Shown here one piece after another: positions 49,646 through 63,241 of a DNA stretch of 64,000 nucleotides; position 1 is the stretch's first letter; each line of letters opens with the position of its first letter. The DNA lies in assembly GCF_964194025.1 (NCBI RefSeq), contig NC_134472.1, positions 46,066,001 through 46,130,000 of the forward strand. Direction: 5' to 3'. Under the pieces are notes generated by a model that worked only from the letters and a program-made list of their open reading frames with translations, was not told where the DNA came from and did no database searches. Source of the stretch: Convolutriloba macropyga (lineage: Eukaryota). Position numbers and translations under genes: made by a program.

Positions 49646-52600
49646 ACGCTCCTTAAAAATGCAACCTAACGTATTACATGCGTTACGCTACGACACCATG
49701 TAGAATTTCGTTATCTGTACAGGTCTTAGCTCTCCCTAATTATAAGGGTCAGCAAAGCCGAAAAAAGTTGAACACAAAATTGCTGGGACTTGGAGGTGTT
49801 ATACTAAACCAAACACATCGGTAACATAACGTAATACCTATGGCTTTTGAACGAGGGGCATGTGTTTCAGCCCGAGGTGGTAGAAAAAATGAATTTTAAA
49901 ACTTCTTTTTTTTTCAAATGATCTTGTTATACTTTTGCGGGCCTGCTAGTTGATAACAAATTCGAAAGTATTTGCCTATATTGATTAATTTACAAGTACT
50001 CGTTTTTTGCGTTTGTTTTTATAGCTGTCCGACAAACAAAAATTTGAGAAAACTGAAGATTGCTAATTATTTTTATTTTGATTGACATATTCTTGACAAA
50101 TAAGAGACAGTTGTGCTTGTAGCACTGCTATATTTACCATAATAAAATAATCACACCTGGAATTTAATGTATTCTATTTGCGCCATCTTTTGTCTTCACG
50201 TTCGGCAAAAATATTTTTCTCCACCTCACTTCGTGTGTTAGTAAGGGGATATATATGCTCAACTGGGTTTGTTTTTTGTTCAGCCAGTTTTGGCCGATCG
50301 ATTTAATTGACGTAGAAAAACATCATTAGCAAGCTCAAGAATTTAGCAATTTTGTCTTCGAGTAGTTATCCAGTTTTAAATATAGTGAATATTTCTCATA
50401 AATAGCCGCACTCAGCTTCTCAACGGCTATTATTTAGGCGCTCTCGTTTTTCTACAACTCGGAATTTGTATTGTTTTGGTGTGCTGTCTGTTTTCACAAT
50501 CCAAGAATCCATTGTATGGGAGCTCTTTTTTTGTAAGATGTTTTAACACATTTTTGATTTTTGATGACTTGATCTTTCAAAACGGCATAAACAGGTAAGG
50601 CTCAGTGGATTTTTGAGGCTCAAAGCTTGCTTCGGTAGTTATTCAAGCTCTTTGAGGAATGTAGCTGCTGGGAAGCCCCTAATTCGAAGTTGAAAGGTCA
50701 CTTTGTTGCGACCAAAATGATTCAATTTTCCACTTTTTTGCAATGTTTCATGTTTTTTGTGTGATGTCTTGAACTGACGTTTGTCAAAGATGATGAACGT
50801 ATTTTGCTAAATAATTAGTCACTTTTTTGGTCATTTTATGAGCTTTAATTGGGTACTGCAAACATAAACACGTAAAAGGATACCAATTTTGGGATTTATT
50901 GTCATTTTCTAAAGTTTTTAGCCGCATGGGCTAGGAAGCCTCCTCTGCGATTTTATCACGATTTTAAGCGATTTTTTCTAGGGTGTGATAGTAAGTTACT
51001 GTATAGTTGCTAGGGACAATGGAAGGGTTTTCACTGTTTAATTGTCAAGAACTTTTGTAAAATTTTAATTAAAATTTGAATTTTTTTTAATTTCTGAAAA
51101 TCATCATTTTCTTAGTTTATCGATCTTTCTGAGCCTGTAAAACTATTTTAGCCCGGAAAATAATAAATTATATAGTCTCTGGAGATAATGAAATGGTTAT
51201 GAAGTTATGAAAATTCCGACTTTTAGCATCATTTCATCATAATTTGGAATTATTTTGAATTGTTTCTGTCATTTTCTGAGTTTAACGATCTTTACGCTTT
51301 GCGGGCCAATGAAACTTTTTTACATCTAGCAGACGAGTGACTTGACATATTCCAGAGACAAAAAATGGTTTCGATTATTTTATTATTTCGCTGTTAGCGA
51401 ACTTTATTTAAATTTTCCGATTTACAATTTTTAAAACAGTTGTCATAATTCTCGAGTTAGTGACCAATAATCTGGATCTTAAGTGGCCAATAATTTTTTC
51501 AATGCTTATGTGTGGTGTAAAAGGTATTTATTTAAAGGTGTGGTGTAAAAGGTGTAAAAGGTTTTTATTTTGTTGACTTCTGAGATTTTTTATTGGCTGG
51601 CATTGTTCAATTGATCCGCTAGTCAGTTCCAGTAGTTCTAAGTATTTCATTCATATCGGTGGACTGTATTTCAGGACTTGCCCTGTTTTATTTTTTAACG
51701 ATTTGTTCACACTTTTTTGACCTCTTATTGTTCATGAGAAGTTAAACTTGCAGATTGATTATAGTCACAATGGAGTAGCAAGGGGAGTGAAAGTCGACTA
51801 TTCAAAAAGTGTTTTTTTCTAAGTGCTGTTTAAAGAGAAGTCAGAGAATGGTGGTTATACAGATTTTGCTAGAAAAGTGTTCCACGTGCGGCAATTGGCG
51901 TCTGTTTTCGCAGTTTCTTTTTATTTTCTGTACGCATATTTTTAATATAAAAAACGTATCTTTCTTTCTTCGTTGTTGTTATTTATTGTCATCAATGGTA
52001 TATCTGAAATGTTCTATTGAAACACGTTCAAATTGTTTTAATGACTGAGCAAGAAATTAATGGTTTTTATTACATTGACGCCAACTGTTTTTGAAAAAAT
52101 ACTAGCGATTTTTATAATTTTCAATCTTTGGTATTTTTGTGTTCTGTCTTTTAGTTTCATTGTGCAGACCTCTAATTGGCTCTTTTAAGTCTCATTTTCA
52201 TCAGTTTTCGACATTTTTCATATCAAACAGTTATGAGTACACTGACACCTCCAGTTTTCAAAAATATTAGTTGTTTATCGGATTTTTTCTGTCAATTAGC
52301 CTCAATAATGATGAATTTCGTTTGATGTATTTTTTGGAGTTTTGATTTTTTTTCTTGTTTTTAACATCAAAACTGAAGGCATTAACACCTTGATACACCT
52401 TGACAGTTATCATGTCATTACTAATTAGGAATAATTGGATCTATTCGATGGTTAGTGTTATTGCTAATAATTTAATTGGTTTCGACACCATTTGTTTTCG
52501 GCTTTTATTGAGTTTTTGGCTGTTGCCTGCTTTTGCTGCTAATTTTGTTGAGAGGTTGCCCATTGTTAAAGTTGATATATTCTTTCAATTGATAGATAGT

Positions 52601-52982
52601 GCAATAGATGTTGAAGAGTTCATTTCTTAGTTGCGTGTTTTATTGACATTCGTAAAAAGTTTTTTTTTGACAAATGACATTGGTGTTGTCCGTTCATGTT
52701 GTCTGCAGTGATTTGCTTCAAATTTGGTGTTTGATTGTTGAGTTTAACGTTGTTAGAAATAATAACTTGGATAATACTTTTTTTCAAAAAGAAATGAAGT
52801 TACTTTATTTCAGTTTTTGTACCGCTCTGTTGACTTTCGTGCTGGTCTTTGTGTTTTGAAAATCTGATGTTTTAAAAAGGCTGATGTAGTTGATTTTAGT
52901 TTCGTCAATTGTTGAAATGTAATTCAGGGCTGGTCATGCTATATTCAAAATTCGCTTTACCCTTTGATAACGCTTTTCCTTT

Positions 52983-53362
52983 CACAGAAGTCACGATATT
53001 CACGTTTGGCTCGTGACTTGACTCACTCACTATTTCAACTGAAATTTTTTCATTGAATGGAATTTCGCAAAATGAAGTGAATGCGGTCATTGTCAAAAGA
53101 GAAAAATCAAAATAAAGGGGATAAACCGATAAAGCCCGGTCATAGTCACACTGCATTAGGTTATCCACGTACACAGAAGTCACGATATTCACGTTTGGCT
53201 CGTGACTTGACTCACTCACTATTTCAACTAAAATTTTTTCATTGAATGGAATTTCGCAAAATGAAGTGAATGCGGTCATTGTCAAAAGAGAAAAATCAAA
53301 ATAAAGGGGGTAAACCGATAAAGCCTGGTCATAGTCACAGTGCATTAGGTTATCCACGTACA
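52983..53362. repeat. 189-bp tandem duplication (2 copies)
   Basis: CACAGAAGTCACGATATTC at 52983 and 53172; a duplicated 63-aa block appears in minus-strand ORF 52905..53363. Confidence 0.95.
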
Positions 53363-55377
53363 TTAAAGCGATTTCTAGCTAACATTATTATTAAGCTGAA
53401 TAGCTTAAAGTTTAGAAGCTGAATTTATCATAGTTTTAGAATGTACTCATCTGCACCGAATAAACTGCACACACATTTTTTGGAAATTCTGTTAAGTTCT
53501 ATCTTCTATTTCCTTCTGTTTCAATCCCGATGTGCGTCATTCGCGCCAACGGCGGCTATTTTCCGGCGATTTGCTGGCTATGTTTTTACCTTTGTGTCTA
53601 GGATCATTGTGGATTTCAAAACAAAATGATTTGGTCTCTTATTGGCGATCCATCTTTTTTAAAATCTCGAAATTTTTTCAACTTGTTAACGTAAATGAGA
53701 AGTCAACTTGAAGCAGCAATTTTGGCAAAACATTAAAATAGTAAAAGAAGCCGAATATGGCTGGTTTCAAAGCGTAGATTCTTTCAAACCGCTTTGAAAT
53801 TGGACAGAGAATTTTTCATCTGAACTAAATTTCCAGATTTTAAAATTTTCCACGACTAATTTTAGTGCTGTTTTTGCAGTCTTTCTTTTGATTTTCTGCG
53901 ATGTCTTTAAGGTTTGATATGTGTTCTAACAGTGTTTAACGGAAAATAATTGTTTTATGACATTGACACTACGTGTATTCATAAATTAATTGTGTTTTTT
54001 TGTAATCTTGTTCCTTTTGTTGTAATTTATGTATCTTGTCACTTGTCAGTCTAAAACAGCATATTTCTTATGAATTTGACACAAATGTTTACTGATACTA
54101 AGGTTGGTTGATAAAACAATTGGGCTATCTAAGTAGCAATAAAGGAACTGACAGTGTTTGCAGTCAGTAGTTTGTTTTTTGTGGCGGCGACATCTTTCAA
54201 AAATGTCAGAATTTTTCAAGTTTTTACATTGAATCTTGCTATAAAAGTTAAAGTCGTGCTTTTAAACGAGCCAACGATTACCTCCTTGTTATTTGAGGTA
54301 AAAATTAATGCTTCCTAAGTGGTTGTCTGCAAAATATTCATTGAATTTCGCTTTTTGTTATTTTTCGCTTTTAACATGTCGGTTTCATCAATGGCAGCTC
54401 TTAGCTGCTTTCTAGTAGAACAAAGTAAATCTTATAGTGAGTTTAACCGTCGATCAAAAATTCTGTTCTTCGATTTTATTTTGAGTTCGGTCCGCGTTTG
54501 TTTTGTCTTCAATTATGCAACAATAACATGCTACATCAGCTTTCTAATGAATTTTTAGTTGCTTACTGGTTTCATTTTCCAGGTGAATTAACTGGTTTTT
54601 AATTTTTAAATTTTTAGTTCATTTTTATTTTTTGATTTGTAGTTACATTTGTCGCATTGTCGCTTACCTCAATTCAGAAACGATTCTTTGATCTGTCGTT
54701 CACTTGTTGCTATGAAGCGTTCGCTCATTTGAAACTAGAGTTTCTATGAGGTCACTTGTTTTTAACTTTGAACTTAGTAATTTGCTCTCTGGTTTTCCAC
54801 GATTTTTTGCGCTTGGTCATTAATAGTGTGAATATTTCCATTTTAATAGGATCCGGATTTGATGGGATAACATCTTTATGTTTTGAAAGAATTAAATATG
54901 CCTTCAAGATTTTTTTCGTTTTTTAACCTTTAGTTTTGCCTTATATGTTTTGCGCACTATCCAAAGCTGGCGTTACCGTATAATAATGAAGAAAAATTGA
55001 GAATTTGGTTTTTTTTTGGTTCCATCTCTCAATTCAGAATATGTACTAGTATGTTATCAGTTTTTCCCTTGATTTTTGCTCCGACCACCTGGTCACGCGG
55101 GTAAATTTCAAACAGCTTTCGCGGAATTCTAACACGATGCTGCTGAATTGGCTTACCCGGTGTCACTGATCTCCGCATGCTGTATGGATTTCAGCCAACC
55201 GATTGATTATTTTTTCAAACTCAATTAAATCTTACTTGAAAGCAAATGTATTAAATTTGACAGTTACAATTGGAGAAATGGTTATTGGAATTGCAAATTC
55301 GGAGTAGAATAATGAAAGAATTGGGAACGGTTTACTTGTTCGCGCCAATTTTAAACAGTTACAGCCATTAGTAGTCA

Positions 55378-55762
55378 TTTAATCGCTCTCAAACGAATTT
55401 AATAGCAATCATTTATGCAAATTTTCGCTCGACCGATTTTTCGTCTGACCCAATTGACTTTTCGGCCTCAAAAAAGGATAAACAGGTAACTAGTGGAGGT
55501 CATTAGGCTCTCTAAGGGCCTTACGCCTAGCCTGTCTCTTAGAAAGCAATTCACCAAAACTTTTGAGGCGACAATTTTATGTTGTGCAGGACGATTATTT
55601 ATCTTGAGTTTCATTCCCCCACTCATTCGCTACCCCCCCCCCCAAAAAAAAACGAGCTCACAACTCCCAATGCTTGCATATCTGAGCCCCAGCTGGATAC
55701 AACCCAAGTCAAGCGCTCGACGGTCATTTGAAAGCAGTTCGCCCGACCTTAGTCGGTTGTGT
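55378..55762 (+). mobile_element. Class B Helentron-like element
   Basis: 5' TAATCGCTCTCAAA, shared core, poly-C tract, and 3' TTTGAAAGCAGTTCGCCCGACCTTAGTCGGTTG. Confidence 0.65.
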
Positions 55763-55949
55763 TTTAAAACTAACTTTAAACTTAACATCAAAAGCCTGCG
55801 ATAAATTAAAAACTACAACCAATTGCTATCACGCTAAAAAAGTGGAAATGATTCACTCAAAACTTCTTTGCACGCTATTTTGCAGTCCGTCCAATTCAAT
55901 TTTTTCGGTTCTAATGTTGGGCATTGACAGAACCAAAAAGGCGTTTTAT

Positions 55950-57700
55950 TCGTTCAGACAGTTTTGCCACGCGGCACTTTGAAAGTTTCCAAACTGTTTT
56001 TTTTGGGGACGAAAGAAAGTAATGGTCATTTTTCAGCTGCAGCAAATAATTATTACGCTGTTTGCATACGAAAGAAGTTTAATTGAAAGACAGTCGTTAG
56101 TTGTGATAAAAGAAATAAGTTTTAGGATAAATACGTTGAAGTCCCGGCTGTACTGCAGCTACCAATTGGAAGTGGTGGGAGTTGCTAGTAAAATTTATTT
56201 TGAAACTAATGACAATTGTCTACCATTTTGTGCATAAAATTTAACTAGCAATTCAAACACAATTCAAAACTCGCAAGCGACAGCTTCAATACAGTTGAAA
56301 CTAAAATCTTCTATAATTTAAAAAACTAATTTAAGAAATGCACCTCCCAAACAGTGAGTAAATATTGGTTGATCCGGAGCCTTCTCAGGACAAGGTCTTT
56401 ATACCTTGTCGCTTTTTTCAAATCCATCAATAAAATGAAAAAATTTCACGTCAACATCAATCGGAATAACAGCCTCCCTGCTTCAACAGCTCCCATTGAA
56501 ACTTCACCCCTTTCAGCGCGTTTAAAAAGCTCATGGGCTAGCTGTACAAGTGCACGCAACGACTAGTGGAAAAAACGTTGCTTTCTCAATATCAAATATA
56601 ATTTGCTTTTTTTGTAATATTCGTGATATTTTAAAAGGCATCGCTACTGATCTCGGCTAAAACTTTTTCTTAACTGACTGAAAGTTTTTACATCGAATAT
56701 GTTTTTTGAACCTAGATTCCCAATGTCATGGCTTTGATGTCTTAATATAGTATCGTCAATTGTCTCTGATTGAAGAGCAAAGATTTTGCCTTTCAACGGC
56801 TAAGGATGAGGTTCCATCTCATCAACATGACAGACATAACCTAAGTTCATTTTGCTTCTTATGGATCTATCTTTTTTCGGAAAATAGAGCATTTGCCACC
56901 GGAATTTTTATCATGAAGACAGCTAAAAATGCCAAGATGTCACTTTCAAGTGTATCTAAATCTTTCACTTCATTGGGCCAGCATAAATTTTAGCTTAGAC
57001 AATTCCCCATATTGACTTGTTAAGATAATTGAAAAGTCAATCAGCGAAAAGCTTTCACCAAATCTAGTAACGAATCCCGTCTACAACCAAAAATACCTGA
57101 ATACCTTTTCATTGCCATTAAAAGAGTGGCTTGATTATCCTCAAACCTGAAGACCGTTTTAAAGAGTACGATCTGTTCAACTTCCACTTTATCGCTGTCC
57201 CTACCGGAAGCAGAACTGAAGCACCAACAAATCGTATATGAAAAATGTGGAAAGAGTTTATCAACTGGAAAAGGTGACAGTTAGGCACGAATTGAAAAAA
57301 TTCTCATCGCAGCTAAGAGAATAAGTTGTATCAATTTTAACGTGCTTCAAATCGTTTTTCCATCAATTGGCTCCTAACTGCCTGCTTCTTCTCCATTTGA
57401 TGTTCTTTCCACTATTACATACGGTTTGCTGGTGCTTTAGTTCGGCTCTGGTCGTGGACTGGGGCAACATGAAAATTAAACCAATTGTTTTCTTCAGAAC
57501 CGTCTTCAGAACTGCATTTTTCATAATGTTAGCTGCTCGATTCAGTACAGCCTTCACTAAAATCTTGTGATCTATGGCTCTCATCAGCTGGATTGTTTAC
57601 AGTTGGTGTCTCTAGGGTGTTTGGAGTTGCTTCTGTTTTGCAGCTTTCGCAGTAAAAATTGTCATGCTGTGAGTCTTCAGCATGCTAATAAGTGACGCAT
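55950..57700 (-). pseudogene. Possible decayed intronless coding sequence of unknown origin
   Basis: Long protein-like minus-strand frames broken by scattered stops (e.g. VEVEQIVLFKTVFRFEDNQATLLMAMKRYSGIFG; VIPIDVDVKFFHFIDGFEK). No family recognised. Confidence 0.35.
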
Positions 57701-59604
57701 GTGTAACACCAAAGACCCCCTCCTCTTAAACGATTTCAACATTTTTAGCAGTGTGACTGCTTGGACTTTAGTGGTTAGGAATATGAGTACGGGAAGCTGG
57801 ATTAAAACTAATTTTTATGGAGCATATATTAAAGTACGATTTTGATTTATAAAACGATAAGTTTCCAATATTTTTGGATGAAAATTGAAAAAGGATAGGA
57901 TTTGTCAATGATTGTTTTTGAAAAGTCATCTTCGACTCGAAGCACGAGGTCAGGATTCACCTACGACCTACGAAACAGTATGGCAGGCAGTACACAGAAA
58001 ACTAATGATTTTATGTAATATCAGTTAAAATCAGATATGCAAGCAACCTGTTGATGAAGACCGACGGATGTCTCAGGGTGTCACGTGTCCGCTCACTGGT
58101 TGCCTAAACTAGATCTGTTTAATAATTTTATCGCAATTAGGCTAATTTAATTGAATCGTTAATTTGAAGGCAAATTTTCTACTTATCACTAACCGGCCTC
58201 TTTCACAGAACTTTTTAGCACGCTAACAGACTGAACTCAGTTCTTTGCAGCTTGAAGTTAACTGGACGACATTACTTTTTGCCTTCAAAAATCAGACCTC
58301 CATTAGAATATAGAAAAATCATCATTTACAATTAGAAAATCAATTGCAAATCTCAGAAAAGCAAATCTGAGCTCAGACAGCGAAGAATTAGGTCTATATT
58401 TGCTTTCAAATATGGATTTTTGTTTTGCAGCTTTCTATAATTATCAGCTACCCCAGCGTAAGTTTTATCTAGAGATCTTTGCTATGAAAGCGCCTCGATT
58501 TTTAATTTGTAGTTTTGTTTTCATGGCAGAAAATATTAGTGATGTTCGTGTGATAATAATATTTCATGTTTGCACCATAATAGCAAATTCAGCCTGTGCA
58601 CGTTAGTGTCATTTGTTTGGAACCGCGAAAACCTTAGCTTTAGATATTGAGAAACTAATGACTAAGTGCTGAAATTTTGATCCAATGAGTTAGCAAATTA
58701 GTGGGGAAAATGAAAAAGATACCATAGAGGCGATGTTCCTTTACACTGGCCCACTGTTGTCGACCAAAAGATCTCAGTGTCAATTTTGTACGTTGCCCTT
58801 CTCTAGCTAGATTTAAAAGATCGTTGAAAACACCATGCAGCTCAACACAAATATTTTAAACGAATGACACAATACTAAGATATTATTGTTCGGCTTTTTA
58901 TGATCAAATTTTTATTGAACGGCACCTTTAAAACTACTTAAAAAATTTTAAGATCTCACCCCTTCCTATATTTTAAAATTCTGCTATTATAATTAGGAAG
59001 TTTTTGGGAAATTTAGTTTAAAAATTCCTGGTTTCGTTGATTTTTGTTTTAAGAACGCAAATGTGAGAAATGGAATACATAAACAGAAAAGTTCGTACGA
59101 AGAATTTTAAGCCCCTCGCTCTGTTCACCCCAAAAAACGTTGGTTATCACTGGTGAGATCGTGCGTGCTCACTCACGTTGTAAGTTTTCACAAAGATGAT
59201 TATAACTGAATATTGCTTAAATTGAAACGCTAGTGAACGTTCAGAAAATAGACATGCATATGAATAACAATACGCCCCTTATTGCACGTTTTTCCTGGCG
59301 TTCAAGTTTTGAAGTCTTTTGGATTGAGAGCACGAATTTCTGCATTAAAATCAAACAGGTTGTTCTCCCTCTTTCGATGTCATGGCGAAAGAGGATTTCA
59401 GATAAACAGCGCCCACTTGAGATATGATTACTGGGAGATATGATTACTTAAGAGCTGTAGGGAAGTCTCAGTGCTTCCTAATCTCAAACCACGTTATATA
59501 AATTTTTGTTAATTTTCGCAGCTCCAAGTTGAATTGGGTGGAGTGACATTGTGGGCAGCTTAAGAAACTGTTGCACTGGTTAACTTAAATGTATAAAAGT
59601 AGTA

Positions 59605-59933
59605 TAGCGTGTCCATAAAGTTGAAAATAAACGAACGTTTCAAAATTCACTGGACAGAGTTCAAAGGTCAAAGTTCAATACCAAAACATCCAGATAATAG
59701 AAATAGATGAATTCCGATTTCGCCAAAACATCGATTTGTGTATACAATTGAGCAATGCGGATATTGTCTTTTAAAACGTTCGCTTATTTCAACTTTATAG
59801 GACAGACTATTTAGAGGACAAAGTTTTCGAACGTTCGAAAAAAAGCCAAAAACATGCAATTGAGCAAGCAAATGAGCAGTGTAGTGTAGACAGAATTTTT
59901 GAAACGTTCATTTCAACGTTATGGGACACACTA
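59605..59933. mobile_element. Tc1/mariner-like MITE upstream of the lectin gene
   Basis: TA at 59603-04 and 59934-35; imperfect TIRs TAGCGTGTCCATAAAGTTGAAA..GAACGTTTCAAAA / TTTTGAAACGTTCATTTCAACGTTATGGGACACACTA. Confidence 0.75.
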
Positions 59934-60176
59934 TATATAGAAATTTTGCTGCTTGGCCACTCAACTTTTTAACCTTCAGACAGTAAATTGACAGGTATCA
60001 ATGACCGATAGGGCTTCAATTTATGAGCTGCTCATTTTGCTGATCTCTGGAAACACTTACCACTGAATCCCGAATTGACTGAATAATTTTTTAAAGGCAA
60101 CCAATAATAAAGAGTGGAAAAGGAAACTATTCGGGGAAAATTAGGGAATATTTTATTGTATTAATTAGCTGTAACA

Positions 60177-62601
60177 ATGCGTCATACGCGCGAAAAAATT
60201 GTTTTCCGCGTAATTTTAACTCTAATTTTGGCATCTTGCACCTTTGAAGAAGAATCAAAATGTCCTCGAAATTTCATCCCAGTCAATAAATTTTGCGTAG
60301 TTGAGTTCAATGATTTCACACGTGAAGGATCATTTGAAAAAGCGTGGGAATTTTGCAATTCGTTTAACCCAAAAGGTTTCAAAGGGAGCATGTGGACTAT
60401 TAGAGAGTTGGATCAATTGACAACTGATGTACTAATTTCGCTAGTGAAACCTGGTTCTGCGGACGTGGATAAGGAATCCGAAAGCAAGCCTGTCCTGCCT
60501 ATATGGAATGGTTTCAACTCGGCTGCCAGTACAGAAGACGAAGCCCAAGATGAATGGTGTTCGGTAATTGAAGAGAAAAACGGCCAGTTGGAAATTTCAG
60601 AACGAAACTGCAACGACTCTATGCGTTTTATTTGTGCCATCAAGCGGCACCCTTCCAAATGTACAGATTTCATAAACTCCGATTTCTGTGCGTCACACAA
60701 GAACTATTTCTGTGATACAACTGGACAGTTAGCAACTTTGTGCCCACAGACGTGTGGTTTGTGTGAACGTATTCACTCGTGCGATGGAAAAGTGGATTTC
60801 TGGGGTGCTGACTTCTGTCACGATATGGCGGGTACGGGAGCTTGTTCTTCGGTGGTTGATAACATTGCTCCGTTCTGCCCGCTGACTTGCTGCCGACATA
60901 CACACGAGGCTATATCGGGTGTGGGTGACAAAGCTCTCTCGGAAGCCCTGGACAATGACTGCAAGGGTACCCATGATCTGGCAAAATGTCCTAATATTCC
61001 TAATACGGAGAAGTGTTTCGAAGATTCAAGTTTCACTTTTGCGTGCATGCGAACCTGCTGTTTGTTCAGTCAATCTATCCGGGAGGTTGCTCTAGATGCG
61101 AAACCGATGAAGAGGTTCCAAGACTTTGAGCAGGATATTGCGGAGCACCATTGCAGACGTCAATTTGACGATCAGATCCCATCCCTCTGTGCGGGCGAAG
61201 GTCTAGACTGTGATTCGAAGAAATATGCCTTCTACTGTGAGTTCACTTGTTGCCTAGAGGAATTTAGGCAATCTCGTGGACCGACGACAGTGATAACGAC
61301 AGCGGAAATTACTACCACTGAGGAACCAGAGGATGCTTGTGAATTGTACACGAACATCTACTCAACCAAGGTTTGCAAAACAGTGGCCGATGTTGAAGAT
61401 TGCACGGATTCACAATTCCGAAAACATTGCAAGAAACGATGCTGTGAGTTGGGATATGATTACGCTGAAGGTACTACGACTGTTTCACCAGATGAACCTT
61501 GTGATGAGTTTACTGATGAGAAACCCAGGTGTGCAAGACATGACAATGATGTGGATGCCTGTGAATCAGGTGATTGTCCGTTCACCTGTTGCATGTTTCA
61601 ACTGGGCTCTTCCAGTTCAAGCCTTTCCACCCAAAGCTCAACTGCTTCCTCTGACTCGACTGTTGAGACTACAACCTTGATAGATCCCGTGCCCATCGTT
61701 AGTACCCCTGAAGAGTCGGATGCTAGTTGCAATGATTTCGAAGATCTAATGTCTAAATGCGCCACTGCTACTGAGGAAAAGTGCAGAACTGTCAAGATCT
61801 ACGAGGAAAAATGTCCTTACTCATGTTGCAAGGTATTGGAAGACACCCCTGGGTATGTTATTGGTGGCAATGGGGGAGGGGCTAAGCCAAAACTTGACTG
61901 CGATGAATACGAAGACGAAGCATCCAAATGTCCAAAACTTGCTACTGAACGAAAATGTTACGATGAACCTTACGTGAGCCTGTGCAAGGCTACTTGTTGC
62001 AACATTGGAGTGATTGCATTCACTCAAGGTCCACCGACGCCTCCAACTAATGTCTCATCAGAAGATCCGTGTAGTTTCTGGATTGATACATTGAACAAGT
62101 GCAATGGGATCACAGAAAAGAAGACTTGTCTTGATAGACCATTTGATACAAGATGCAGAGAAACGTGCTGCCGACTTGGAGTTGATTTCGAGGACTACAC
62201 GAGCACCACAACCGAAATTCCAGGGGATATTTGTGTGGGGAAAGTGGACCGAGCAACCAAGTGTTTGTTGCTTAAAGAGAAAGATAACGCTGAACAGCTA
62301 TGCAAAGAAGATCAATGGTATAAGACATATTGTGAAGCTTCATGTTGCTTGATCTTGTATGATCCTGGAACTACGGCGGAACCCGAGGAGTCAACTACTA
62401 AGCTTGTTTGCAACGATCTCGAAGACGTGGCTACTAATTGTGACGAGTTAGAATTGACTGAAAGTTTGTGCAAAGAGCACTCGTACAAGAAAATGTGTGG
62501 ATTTACATGCTGTCTCATCAGAGGAGGTGAACTGTACAATACCACAACAGTAAATTCAACAATAGAGGAGTCCACCCCAGTACCAACAACTGCACCTCCA
62601 C
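60177..62601 (+). CDS. Secreted C-type lectin / ShK-like multi-domain protein, exon 1
   Basis: Signal-peptide-like N-terminus; CTLD motifs (CP..F....FC, SFEKAWEFC, IWNG, WC...ERNCNDSMRFIC); canonical ShKT (CTD...CPQTCGLC); ten 6-Cys modules ending Cxx[T/S/R]CC; Thr/Ser/Pro-rich linkers. Donor GTTAGT at 62602, phase 1. Confidence 0.88.
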
Positions 62602-63241
62602 GTTAGTAGCCAGAAAATAACATGTGTAGATTATATGAGAATGAAAAGGTCAGGATAGATAAATGGGCTCCCATTCAAGATCAAATCTGTGCGCTTCCGG
62701 AGAAAACCACTGAAGCAACTGAGACAATAAATAAACCAAGGAAAAATACCCCTACCAAAATAACTCCCATTTGACTGTTTAAAAGTTGCGCAATAGGCCA
62801 TGCCTTAGCACCACGATGGATTTGATATGAAACTAGACGAAACAAATGATCACGATCGAAATTCAATTCATTAGGGGTTTAGTTCCGTTTATTTCTGGAA
62901 ATGTTTTCTAAATGATGGGTTTTTACCGCGAGGGTTCGTTTCCTAGACCCTATTTGTGCTGCACAAGATCGAAATGTATGTTTGCGTTGCGGAGCACATA
63001 ATTTGATGCCGTCAACGTTCTATGCAAAATTAACATTTTACCTACTTAGCTTGTAGATTTTGTGCAGCTCCTCTCCTTGAGTTGAAATCTAACCGCCGCA
63101 CATTTGTAACTGCGTTTAAAGTTGAACGTAATTTTGTGGAGGTAATTTTGGAAGCTTTTGAAAGTTCTGAAATAGCAATCGAAAAATTGACCACCAGCAC
63201 TTTGCATTTGAGTTATCGCCAGTTCTGAAGTTTGTTTACAG

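Noticed and set aside
48006-49703. Long Phe/Ser/Leu-rich (+) and Lys/Arg/Glu-rich (-) ORFs up to 317 aa
   Set aside because: Artefacts of the polypyrimidine tract, where stop codons are rare for compositional reasons.
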